Positions 24,716-33,403 of a stretch of 42,104 nt of DNA are shown here, piece after piece. A model generated the notes under the pieces. That model was not told the DNA's origin, did not search any database, and saw only the letters and a list, made by a program, of their open reading frames with translations. The DNA is from a virus (taxonomy: Duplodnaviria; Caudoviricetes): positions 1 through 42,104 of the IMG/VR virus record IMGVR_UViG_3300024996_000054; one strand, written 5' to 3'. Made by a program: the position numbers and the translations under genes. Each line of letters opens with the position of its first letter. Position 1 is the first letter of the stretch.

Positions 24716-25069
24716 TTATGCCGTGACCGGCGCCTTCGAAACGCGCTCGCCCCGATTGAACCGCGCTTCGGCTTTTTCTATCGAACCCTTGATCGCCAGT
24801 TCGTCAGGCTTGGCCCGCTTGCGTGGTCGGAGCCTTGCCGGATCATTGCCGACCTCGATCACGCCCGCCTGCCTGTAGGTCCGGCGAAGTGCGGATTTGC
24901 TGTCATACATGCGGCCATCGAGCATCGACTGGACCGGCTGCATCGCGTCGCTGCAAATCATCGGAGCGGCCAAGTCGGAGCGCTGCGGCTCCTCAGCCCG
25001 GCAGTTATGCGGCCATGGCCGATCAAGACCGTGCCACCCTTCGCAGACCTTGCAGTAGCGCTCCGTCAT
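24716..25069 (-). CDS. Phage hypothetical protein (Cys/His motif)
   Basis: CKVCEGWH...WPHNC...SMLDGRMYDSKSALR; ATGA overlap with the portal gene. Confidence 0.75.
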   Translation of the reverse strand: MTERYCKVCEGWHGLDRPWPHNCRAEEPQRSDLAAPMICSDAMQPVQSMLDGRMYDSKSALRRTYRQAGVIEVGNDPARLRPRKRAKPDELAIKGSIEKAEARFNRGERVSKAPVTA

Positions 25070-27492
25070 TTCGACGCCCTCGGATTGCCAGCAGCGCCTG
25101 CTGTCTCGGCCTTCAGTGCCGCCTCAGCCTGCTGTTCGGCCGCATGAGCGGCAATCTGCTCGGCCGACAGGTCAATGCCCGCCTGAGCGGCCATCTGGGC
25201 CTGCCCCTCCGGCGGCAAATCCTTGAAGGCGATAGATTCGGATGGCGGCTTGGCTACCCCCTCGCCCTCCCCGGCCGGCCCCGCGGACGCCTGCGCGATC
25301 TTGGTCCGCAGCAGCGCGACGTTCAGCGCACCGATCTGCATCGCCTGTTCATGGGCCTGCGCATCCTGCTGCATCTTCACCTGTGCGGCTTGTGCCTTCA
25401 TCTGCGCATCGGCCTGCTTCACCTGCACGTCGACGGCGATCTTCTGCTGCTCGAGTTGCAGCCTCGCCTGTGCTTCCTGCTGCTTGATCTGCACCTCTTG
25501 CGACTTCGCGGCCATATCCGCCTGGTGCGCCTGAGCCTGCATCTGGGCCGCCTGCTGTCCGGCCTGAGCATCGGCTTGCGCCTTGGCCTGCGCCGGGTCC
25601 GGAGGCTTGGGCTGGCTCGCCATCGCCTTCATCTTCTCGACGAACTCCTCGACGGTCTGGTCCATCGAACGGCCGACGCGGAACCGCGATTGCGCGAAGC
25701 TGATCGTATCGGCAACCAGCGGCGCGATTTCCGGCAGCTGCTGGATGGCCGGCACAGCCTGCGCCAACAAGCCGCCCATGGCCGTCAGGTATTCCGTCGC
25801 CCGCTGTTTCTGGGCGTTCTCGTCCGGAGCAATCGTCGAATCGGTCTCGATATCAAGCACGAACGGTCGCATCTTCTGGTCGCGCAACAGCTTCACGGCC
25901 TGCTCGATCGTCGGCGTCGCCTCGACCTTGGCAATCTGCTGCTGCAACTGTGCGGCCTGCTGCTGAGCCTGTTGCAATATCTGTTGGGCCGCTTGGGGAT
26001 TGGCCTGCGCCTGCTGCTGCAGCTGCGGATCGGCCTTTGCCTTCTCGACCTGAGCCGTGATCTGCCCGATCTGCTGCTTTAGCGGCTCGACCTGCTTCCG
26101 GATATCGGCATCGCTGGCAATTTCCAGCTGCGACATATCGAGCAGGGTCTTGGCCTGGAAGTTCTCGCCCATGATCTCGGCAACGATGCGGGTGATGTCC
26201 CGCGCGATGCGGATCAACTCGTCCTGCCGGTCGCGGATGCGGATCGAGCCGTACTGGCTCTTAAGCTGCTGGGCTCCAAGCGTCTCGCTGGCAACCGTCG
26301 ACCCGCGCATGATGTCCGACAGGCCGGTGATCTGATAAACGTCATCGAAGAGTTGCTTCCGCAGCGCCACAAGCTGCGTGATCGTCGAGGCGATCATATC
26401 GAGCGGCAGCCAGACAATCATGTCCTTCATGGCGCCGTTGCCGGTCATGGCCCAATTACTGATCGGCACCATGACAACGTTGTCGTCAGTCGACTTGACC
26501 GCCGCCTCGAGCGCGTCGCTGATCTCACCGGCGCCGGAGGGGTAGAACGCCCTGACCTTGATCGCGTCCGCCAGCGCTGCAATGCGCCCGGTGAGTTCGT
26601 TGATCTCCTCCAACTGGTCCTTGTAGAACGCCATGTCAGGCACAGGGATCAGCGTGCGGCGCTGGACCGTCGTATAGGCCGGGCGCGGGCACGGGAAGAA
26701 ACCGGTCAGGTCGAGATGCGGCTTGCCCTCATCAAGGACGACTTCGCAGCCTTCCGAAACCCAGACGACCTTGTTCTGCGACTTGCACCAGATCTCCCAG
26801 ATGCCGGCCTTGCGCTTGCCATCATCCGAGACGCCCTCGTCATCATCCTTGCGGACCTCGAACGCCAGATCCTGATAGGCCTTGCCAGAGGTGGGCATGA
26901 ACCGCTTGCGCGCCTCGCGCTTGGTCAGCCAGGAACGCTTGGCAACCCAATCGACCTCTTTCCAGACCCGAGCCGGATCATGCAGGAAGTCCTTGCGGTC
27001 GGCGTGATCGATACAGGCCTTCTCGACCAAACCGCCATTCTCTTGCTTCGTCTCGTAGCGCAGCCAGACGCAGCCTCGGGCCAGTATGTTGAGATCATCG
27101 CGGATCAACCGCATGACGCTGTCGATGTCTTCGTTCTCAAGCGAGACGACCAGACAACGCTCGATCAACTCGGACGTAACACGCGGCAGCGGCCGGCGAT
27201 CCTTGAACCGCGGCACCACGACGGGCACCGGTGGCCGCGAGTAGATCGACGGGCCAAGCACTGCAACGTTCGCCCAGAACATCTGGAATTCGCGGTCGCG
27301 CGCGTCATTCGCCAGCCGCTCCAGATTGGCATAGAGCTTGTCGATCTTGTCGGCCTTGGCCTGATACGTCTCGAAAGCCTTCTCGGCTTGGGCGATCCGT
27401 TCGAGCCACTCTTTCGACGACTTCGGCTCGGCAGCGGACGCAACAGCGTCGCCGCCCGCGTCCTCCGCGAGTTGGTCGTCATTATCGATCAT
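25066..27492 (-). CDS. Portal protein
   Basis: 808 aa directly after terL; P22-like size with a Gln/Ala coiled-coil tail; YQITGLSDIMRG, ETLGAQQLK. Confidence 0.88.
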   Translation of the reverse strand: MIDNDDQLAEDAGGDAVASAAEPKSSKEWLERIAQAEKAFETYQAKADKIDKLYANLERLANDARDREFQMFWANVAVLGPSIYSRPPVPVVVPRFKDRRPLPRVTSELIERCLVVSLENEDIDSVMRLIRDDLNILARGCVWLRYETKQENGGLVEKACIDHADRKDFLHDPARVWKEVDWVAKRSWLTKREARKRFMPTSGKAYQDLAFEVRKDDDEGVSDDGKRKAGIWEIWCKSQNKVVWVSEGCEVVLDEGKPHLDLTGFFPCPRPAYTTVQRRTLIPVPDMAFYKDQLEEINELTGRIAALADAIKVRAFYPSGAGEISDALEAAVKSTDDNVVMVPISNWAMTGNGAMKDMIVWLPLDMIASTITQLVALRKQLFDDVYQITGLSDIMRGSTVASETLGAQQLKSQYGSIRIRDRQDELIRIARDITRIVAEIMGENFQAKTLLDMSQLEIASDADIRKQVEPLKQQIGQITAQVEKAKADPQLQQQAQANPQAAQQILQQAQQQAAQLQQQIAKVEATPTIEQAVKLLRDQKMRPFVLDIETDSTIAPDENAQKQRATEYLTAMGGLLAQAVPAIQQLPEIAPLVADTISFAQSRFRVGRSMDQTVEEFVEKMKAMASQPKPPDPAQAKAQADAQAGQQAAQMQAQAHQADMAAKSQEVQIKQQEAQARLQLEQQKIAVDVQVKQADAQMKAQAAQVKMQQDAQAHEQAMQIGALNVALLRTKIAQASAGPAGEGEGVAKPPSESIAFKDLPPEGQAQMAAQAGIDLSAEQIAAHAAEQQAEAALKAETAGAAGNPRASK

Positions 27493-27502
27493 ATGGAGCG
27501 TC

Positions 27503-29014
27503 CTACAGACGGATGCGGGTGGCCGATTGCGGCAATGGCGGGCCAGGCAATCTCACCTGGCCGGGTAGAGGCTTCCGAGGTGGCGGTGCCGGGGCCTTCC
27601 TGACCCACGGCCGAGACATGCAGGCGTAGCGGGTTTCATCCGCCGCATGGTCTTCCATTTCGGTATTCAGATCTTCCGGGCGCGCTTCGTCGTGCTGGAG
27701 CGCCGGGATTGTCCTGATCGCGTGAACACAGGTATCGAAGAACACCAGCATCGGCCGGCCATCTTCATCACCGTCCAGACGCGATCTCAGTTGATCCCAG
27801 CCGCCCATCGCACCACGTTGTGCCACGCGTTTGTTGTCGGCTGGCCTGAACGTCGCGCCGTTGGTCCCATCACTGCCCCGCGCCATGCGCTCGGCAATCG
27901 ACGGGCCCCCATCTTGGGAGAAAGCTGCGGGGTCGAGGACCCCATAGGATATTCTGTCCTCATAATCTCGGCTTCTCACGCCGGCGCCAACGATCTCGGC
28001 ATTCATCTTCAAGCCAACGTCGGGCTTGAACTTGCCGTTCGCGTCCAACGCAATTCCGTACCACTCGCGATACTTGACCAAGGCGCCGCGGGGAATAATC
28101 CGAGCTGGCGCCGCCTCAAAGTCATCCGACACGACAGCGTACCAGCCAAAAGCAAACGGCTTTGCACTGCCCCAGTCGCCCGCCCTGAACCGCAGCCAAT
28201 GGTCCGGGATGACGAATGGCCTGACAACGTGGCGGTCCTGCCGGAAGTTGTCGAAGAACGCGCCATCAATGATATCCCAGTCGCCATAGCGCATTGCCCT
28301 GACCAGGCTCTCAGAGCCAAGGCCGTGCAGGCGATCATCATAGCCCGGATCATCCGCGGCCATGCTCGGGTTGTCCTCGAGTTGGGCCGGTATGAACTGA
28401 CGGAGCATGCCGCCCTCGGACCTCGGCGCCCGGCAGACCTCCATCGGCTTCACGCCGTCGATGAACGTCATCTTGACGAATTGGTGCCCGATGCCGCCGG
28501 GGTTGGCGCCGCAGATGATGCGCGGGAACTTGCCCCTGTATCGTTCCGGCAGCGTGATGCCGACCATACGGACGCGGTTGCGCAGGAAGCGGTAGATCAC
28601 GTCCGTGAAGTGCGTCAGCTCGTCGACCAGCAGGACGTGGATTTCAGAGCCCTGGTATTTGAAGCGATCCTTCTCGTCCTTGCAGTGGCAAAGGTAGATC
28701 TTGCTGCCGTTCCAGAACCTGATTTCATCCTCGACGATCGTGACGAAGCCGCAATCCACCCAACCCGCCAACAGCGCCCGGAAGCCCTTCGGCCCTTCCA
28801 TATGGTTCTTGACCAGGTCGTCGCGAATGCGCCTGAACAGGTAGACCTGAAGGCCCGGTATCTCGGAACACCACGCGATGGCCGCCTGGCGCATCAGATG
28901 CGACTTGCCGCCGCCCGCCGCGCCTCCGTACAGAATCTCCGTCGCATCAGAAAGGAAAGCCGCCCATTGTTTCGGATGCAGGGCAATCCTGATCGCCTGC
29001 GCGCTAGTGTCCAT
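27503..29014 (-). CDS. terL: Terminase large subunit
   Basis: Walker A YGGAAGGGKS, Walker B LLVDELTHF, GANPGG, nuclease DWGSAKP and EDHAADETRY. Confidence 0.95.
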   Translation of the reverse strand: MDTSAQAIRIALHPKQWAAFLSDATEILYGGAAGGGKSHLMRQAAIAWCSEIPGLQVYLFRRIRDDLVKNHMEGPKGFRALLAGWVDCGFVTIVEDEIRFWNGSKIYLCHCKDEKDRFKYQGSEIHVLLVDELTHFTDVIYRFLRNRVRMVGITLPERYRGKFPRIICGANPGGIGHQFVKMTFIDGVKPMEVCRAPRSEGGMLRQFIPAQLEDNPSMAADDPGYDDRLHGLGSESLVRAMRYGDWDIIDGAFFDNFRQDRHVVRPFVIPDHWLRFRAGDWGSAKPFAFGWYAVVSDDFEAAPARIIPRGALVKYREWYGIALDANGKFKPDVGLKMNAEIVGAGVRSRDYEDRISYGVLDPAAFSQDGGPSIAERMARGSDGTNGATFRPADNKRVAQRGAMGGWDQLRSRLDGDEDGRPMLVFFDTCVHAIRTIPALQHDEARPEDLNTEMEDHAADETRYACMSRPWVRKAPAPPPRKPLPGQVRLPGPPLPQSATRIRL

Positions 29015-29534
29015 CGTCCTTGCGTGGCTGGCCGGGCACGTTCTCGTAGATCAGCGTCGGCGCGAGATCGACCTTGCCGGAATGCTCATGGTCGAGCTTG
29101 TCCCGCCACTCATCCTTACGCCGGTTCTTCAGCCAGAAGATGCATGCCGTGGTGTCGGGCGCCATCTTCTCACGGTATTCCGCGTAGACCGGTTCGGCAG
29201 CGCCCGCCGGCATGAATATCTTCACCGCGTCCTGCTCGTAGCCTACCGCCTTCTGATACAGCGCGCGCTCGACACGATCATCGGCTTCGGTCTTGCCAGC
29301 CTTTAAGGCCTGACAAAACTCCTCGTGCTGCACCTTCCATCGCGAGATAGTCCTGACGTTGACCTCGAAAAAGTCGGCGAGATCCTCGTCCGTGGCACCG
29401 AGGGCGCAGAGCTTCTCGGCCTGCTTGGCGAATGGCGCCTTGTACGATGGCGGTCGGCCTCCCGCGCCTTGAGGCTTAGCCGGCTTCTTGCCCTCTGCAC
29501 GGTCGGCCTTTGCCTTGATCTCCTCTGGGGACAT
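29004..29534 (-). CDS. terS: Terminase small subunit
   Basis: GRPPSY...LCALGATDEDLADFFEVNVRTISRWK HTH, PDTTACIFWLKNR; start at ATG 29534. Confidence 0.9.
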   Translation of the reverse strand: MSPEEIKAKADRAEGKKPAKPQGAGGRPPSYKAPFAKQAEKLCALGATDEDLADFFEVNVRTISRWKVQHEEFCQALKAGKTEADDRVERALYQKAVGYEQDAVKIFMPAGAAEPVYAEYREKMAPDTTACIFWLKNRRKDEWRDKLDHEHSGKVDLAPTLIYENVPGQPRKDDGH

Positions 29535-29586
29535 GATGACCTTCCCTGCGGTTTGAGCGCTCGGGGTAATAATGTACGTGTACTGA

Positions 29587-29642
29587 TGATTATCGGTGTA
29601 CGAATAATGTTGACCGCTTCTGATTATCCGTGTACGAATAAT
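29587..29642 (+). promoter_or_regulatory. brnTA promoter/operator with two 22-bp repeats
   Basis: TGATTATC(G/C)GTGTACGAATAAT at 29587-29608 and 29621-29642, flanking TTGACC at 29610. Confidence 0.75.
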
Positions 29643-29644
29643 AC

Positions 29645-29890
29645 ATGAAGATCGTCTGGGACGAACCGAAGCGGCAGACCAACCTCGCAAACCGGGGGCT
29701 CGATTTCGCCGACCTCGATGACGAGTTCTTCATGGGCGCAACGGTGCTGCCCGCGAAGAAAGAGCGCTTCATGGCAATCGGCGAGTTCCGTGGCAAGATC
29801 ATCCTTGCCGTGATCTTCAAGCCCCTCGGATCGGAGGCCATCTCGGTTATTTCGATGCGGCGGGCCAGCAGAAAGGAAAGGAACCTCTGA
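29645..29890 (+). CDS. brnT: BrnT family toxin (type II TA ribonuclease)
   Basis: WDEPKRQTNLANRGLDF...ERFMAIG...VISMRRASRKER. Confidence 0.92.
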   Translation: MKIVWDEPKRQTNLANRGLDFADLDDEFFMGATVLPAKKERFMAIGEFRGKIILAVIFKPLGSEAISVISMRRASRKERNL

Positions 29891-30198
29891 TGGCTATCAA
29901 GTTCAAGAACATGAAGCCTCTCACCGATGAGGAAGAGGCCGAGATCCAGCGCCAGATCGCTGCCGACCCGGACGATGCGGAGGCCACGGACGAGCAGCTT
30001 GCCCAAGCCAAACCGTTTGCCGAGGCGTTCCCTAACCTGGCCGAGAGCATCAAGCGCTCACGCGGCCGGCCGAAGGTCGACGCACCGTTGCAGGCCATCA
30101 CCCTGCGGGTGGCGCCGGGCACGCTTGCCAAGTTCAAGGCTACCGGCAAGGACTGGCGGTCGAAGATGAGCGACGTGCTCGAAAAGGCGAAGGTCTGA
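29890..30198 (+). CDS. brnA: BrnA family antitoxin
   Basis: RGRPK...ITLRV...FKATGKDWRSKM C-terminal RHH; coupled to brnT. Confidence 0.9.
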   Translation: MAIKFKNMKPLTDEEEAEIQRQIAADPDDAEATDEQLAQAKPFAEAFPNLAESIKRSRGRPKVDAPLQAITLRVAPGTLAKFKATGKDWRSKMSDVLEKAKV

Positions 30199-30285
30199 AA
30201 TCAGTGCTTCTCTAGCTCTCCGCTACTCGCGCTCGGAGGGTAGTTCGGCAGCGCAGAGTGCCCTTCCGCGCTGCCAATGCTCCTC

Positions 30286-30612
30286 TTATCGATTGCGGAT
30301 GCACGTGCCGCGATGATTCAGGTGGAAACCTCGCGGGCAAGCCCGAGCAGGACGATTACGGACGCAGGTGCCGCGTCGATTGAGATGCCAACCGCGAGGA
30401 CAGACCTTTCTGGCCCTGGCCCGATTGCGAACGCAGTGGCCCCAACGGTTCACATGCCAACCGCGACCGCATCGCCAGCCAACGTGATCAATGTTGTTCG
30501 CGACTTCCGCCGCCACGCTTGATGGTGTGGATGGGTAAGCAAATGATGGTGTGGCAAACGCCAACATTCCGCCGGCGACAGCGGCAATGACTGCATGTTT
30601 CAGAGACAACAT
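30286..30612 (-). CDS. Secreted Cys/Arg-rich repeat protein (GCG_CRPN-like)
   Basis: Signal peptide, then three C-x-R-G-[WF]-H-x-N-x-x-G-x-C-[VI]-R-N-R repeats. Confidence 0.8.
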   Translation of the reverse strand: MLSLKHAVIAAVAGGMLAFATPSFAYPSTPSSVAAEVANNIDHVGWRCGRGWHVNRWGHCVRNRARARKVCPRGWHLNRRGTCVRNRPARACPRGFHLNHRGTCIRNR

Positions 30613-30751
30613 AGGCAGATTCTCCCTAAGGCGCGCCCCGCGCCGTACGGGCTTTCAACTGCCAACCTCCCGATTAGGTTTCAGGCGAGGCTCGATATGC
30701 CCTGGAACGATCGAGTACCGACGAGGCCCTAACAGGCCACGCGTTCGAAGT

Positions 30752-30776
30752 GAAACCCTCGCCGAGGAGATGCGTT
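30752..30776 (+). promoter_or_regulatory. EcfG-like promoter (one mismatch)
   Basis: GAAAC-N16-CGTT upstream of the PRC-barrel gene. Confidence 0.5.
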
Positions 30777-30944
30777 GTTCAAGTGCTGCGGGTTGTGTCA
30801 ACCGGGCGCGATGGTACGGTGAACAGGCGGTCTTTTTCCCGGTTTCTCCGCTTGGCCAACGCAATGGCAGACGAGCGCCTGTCCCATCCGACCCGCAGCG
30901 CCCTGCCTCAGGGCTGTTCCCACACTGTGATAGGAGACAGAGCA

Positions 30945-31310
30945 ATGGCGACTGAAACCAGAGAGATTGGCGGCCTCATCGGCAGCGACAAGGTCGAAGG
31001 CACCAACGTTTACGGCACCGATGGCGAGAAGATCGGCTCCATCGAGCGGATCATGATCGGCAAGCGCGACGGGAAAGTGAGCTACGCCGTTTTGAGCTTC
31101 GGCGGGTTCCTCGGCTTCGGCGACGAGCATTACCCGCTCCCGTGGGAGCAACTGACTTACGATACGAGTCTTGGCGGCTATCGCGTGAACCTCACGAAGG
31201 ACAGACTCGAAGGCGCGCCGAAATATTCCGGTACTGACTGGGACTGGGAAGATCGCGAGCGTGCCCGCAGGGTCAATGATTATTACGGCGTCCCGTGGAT
31301 GGGCTACTGA
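30945..31310 (+). CDS. PRC-barrel domain protein
   Basis: AGGAG RBS; LIGSDKVEGTNVY...GEKIGSIERIMI...YAVLSFGGFLGFG..HYPLPW. Confidence 0.93.
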   Translation: MATETREIGGLIGSDKVEGTNVYGTDGEKIGSIERIMIGKRDGKVSYAVLSFGGFLGFGDEHYPLPWEQLTYDTSLGGYRVNLTKDRLEGAPKYSGTDWDWEDRERARRVNDYYGVPWMGY

Positions 31311-31316
31311 CCCGAA

Positions 31317-31354
31317 TCTCGCGAGCCGGGAATGACAAAACCCGGCTCGCGAGA
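31317..31354. terminator. Hairpin between convergent genes
   Basis: TCTCGCGAGCCGGG-N10-CCCGGCTCGCGAGA, a perfect 14-bp stem. Confidence 0.65.
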
Positions 31355-31407
31355 ACCGGGCGCAAGAATTCGCTATACCGAATCAATGCCATAGAGACCC
31401 GGGGCTG

Positions 31408-32118
31408 TCAACATGCGGGCTTCGGCAGCATCCCCCAGTGCCCGCCGAGCGTCGTTAGCGCGGCCCTCAGGATGGTGAGCGTGATCGCCGAGCGGGTCTC
31501 AGCGCTGGCGTACTCGCCGAAAATGCGCCCGACCTCGGCCGGGGGCTGTTCCTCGCAGACCACCGCATCGGCAACTTTCGCCATCCATGCCATATCGATG
31601 CTGGCGCGCGCGTCTCGATAGCACTGGCGATGGTGCGCGGCATGCGCTGAAGTCGGCATCTGGTGCGCAGGGTCGCCGCTGCCCCGGCTCGTGCGGCCGT
31701 AATCCATGGCGCCGATGCCCGACAGGCCGGCCTCATACCAGTGCCCGTAATATTTTCTGCCAACGTCCTGCAGGATCCGGTTGCGCAGCGGGTCTGGGTC
31801 GAGCTTCCCACGCGCGGCGAGCCAGTCGAGCGGCGACTGCTTGAGCCTCACCACACCGTCGCGGCCGACCTCGGGCCCGCTCACCGCCTTCAGCTTCCGC
31901 GAGGCGATATCGCTCACGATGGGGATGCCGGCCGAAACCATGCGCTCGATCGTCGGTCCCGCGTTCTTCTCGTCAGTCCTGATGGTCGTCATGGATGGCT
32001 CCGGTTCGGGGCGAACACGCTGGACGGCGAGACGTGCCAGGTATGCCGCCTTCTTCTCTGCTTTGCGCTTGCTCTTCGGCTTCGTGGCCCCTGCCGCCAT
32101 ATTCCGGTCTCCTGTCAT
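31408..32118 (-). CDS. Putative late transcription activator/antiterminator
   Basis: Last early gene before the packaging module; SPLDWLAARGKL...AMDY...VADAVVCEE...LRAALTTLGGHWG, sigma-region-4-like tail. Confidence 0.6.
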   Translation of the reverse strand: MTGDRNMAAGATKPKSKRKAEKKAAYLARLAVQRVRPEPEPSMTTIRTDEKNAGPTIERMVSAGIPIVSDIASRKLKAVSGPEVGRDGVVRLKQSPLDWLAARGKLDPDPLRNRILQDVGRKYYGHWYEAGLSGIGAMDYGRTSRGSGDPAHQMPTSAHAAHHRQCYRDARASIDMAWMAKVADAVVCEEQPPAEVGRIFGEYASAETRSAITLTILRAALTTLGGHWGMLPKPAC

Positions 32119-33107
32119 GCTTTGCCGCCTCGCCTCTTCCGCCAGTTGCCGACCGTCTGAGGGCTGACCCCGCAACGGCGTGAAATCTCTCGATCTGAAA
32201 GGGATGGCTCCTCGTCCAACATGGACAGTACGTCGGCGCGCTTGTCGGCGTTGGTGCGACGGATCGAAGGGGATGCAGATTGTGCGCACCCTTTGTCCTG
32301 TCCATTTTTGACGGCTAAACACAGGGCCTCGAGATCCTGCCAGAGCCGGCGCGAAAGCCGCTTATCCTCGGCGGCGCCGCGGGAGTATTCCAGGCCCGCG
32401 CGATGGTTCAGCCATCCGATGCGCGATCGCATGCCTTCCCACGAAGGCGCTGCCATCGTGTCCAGATGGTGCTCTAACGCCGCAACACGCGCCCGCACGA
32501 AAACGCTGGGCTCGCCATCCGGGAAAATGGCGTAGCGGTCGTCATCAAGAGTTTTCCATTCGAGAAACTCCGCCCAGACGCCGTGGAGGTCGGTCGGGAA
32601 TGGATAGGCCTTCTCCAAGGCTAGCCAGAGCGCTTCTGGCGGATCACCGCTGCGCCAGCCGGCAAACCCGCTTATGTAGGCCTCCGGGCTGTTGGAATAG
32701 GTCGACCAATCAGCGATCGGGGTGAGAGCATCCCTAAGAAGGCATTCACGCTCGGTTTCTGCGAAAACCGCTTCCTCGCTGCCATATTCAGCGATAACGC
32801 GGCGCCGCTCGATATCCCTCAGCCTCGCCTTGGCCGCGCGCCCCGCAGCCTGTTTCGCTATCCACCCCGGCTCCTTCTGCTCCATCCAGTCATCGAAGCC
32901 TTCGAAGAAGTTGGCCGGCTTGGTCGCTGGCGGCGCGTCCATCTTGGACACAGCTTCCTTAAGCGACAGGCCGGCGCGCGCTGCCATCTTGGTAGCGGCC
33001 GATCGCGCAGCCTTGCGCTCGCCCTCGGTCGCGCCCTTGTCCATCAGGCGACGAACCTTGCCGAATTTCTCAATGTCCAGATTGGACACGGTTGCAGTGG
33101 CGCTCAC
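32115..33107 (-). CDS. Hypothetical protein with N-terminal DUF2786-like motif and C-terminal HTH
   Basis: KVRRLMDKGATEGERKAA; LSDREISRRCGVSPQTVGNWR. Confidence 0.8.
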   Translation of the reverse strand: MSATATVSNLDIEKFGKVRRLMDKGATEGERKAARSAATKMAARAGLSLKEAVSKMDAPPATKPANFFEGFDDWMEQKEPGWIAKQAAGRAAKARLRDIERRRVIAEYGSEEAVFAETERECLLRDALTPIADWSTYSNSPEAYISGFAGWRSGDPPEALWLALEKAYPFPTDLHGVWAEFLEWKTLDDDRYAIFPDGEPSVFVRARVAALEHHLDTMAAPSWEGMRSRIGWLNHRAGLEYSRGAAEDKRLSRRLWQDLEALCLAVKNGQDKGCAQSASPSIRRTNADKRADVLSMLDEEPSLSDREISRRCGVSPQTVGNWRKRRGGKA

Positions 33108-33403
33108 GCCCCGACCTCACGATTGAAAGCGCAAGGAACCCGAATGCCAGCGATACCGTTGATGCGGACACGGTCCGTATTCGGGGTACAGCGCATGTCG
33201 GACTCAGAAGGCCGGAAGGGCGAAACAGGGCCATCGTCAACGTTGAAGCCGGAGTACATTTTCGGAGAGCACGCTGAGCGTACTGGCGTCGCCTCTGGCT
33301 GGTGGGCGGTCGACAGCATCGGTACTCCGATTCTTGGGCCGTACCCGAACCAAGAAACCACGCTGATGGAGATCGCTATCGCGCGACGGACGAGCTCGTT
33401 CAT
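33104..33403 (-). CDS. Hypothetical ORF (coding strand uncertain; see + strand 33195-33434)
   Basis: Four-base overlaps with both neighbours, but the composition is not clearly protein-like. Confidence 0.35.
   Translation of the reverse strand: MNELVRRAIAISISVVSWFGYGPRIGVPMLSTAHQPEATPVRSACSPKMYSGFNVDDGPVSPFRPSESDMRCTPNTDRVRINGIAGIRVPCAFNREVGA

Noticed and set aside
12197-29215. Long + strand ORFs (e.g. 14864-16381, 19270-20391, 24823-26082, 27647-29215)
   Set aside because: Shadow frames of GC-rich structural genes; Arg/Leu/Gly-biased with no motifs.
29535-29690. N-terminal extension of terS in the ORF track
   Set aside because: It runs through the brnTA operator; ATG 29534 is the plausible start.
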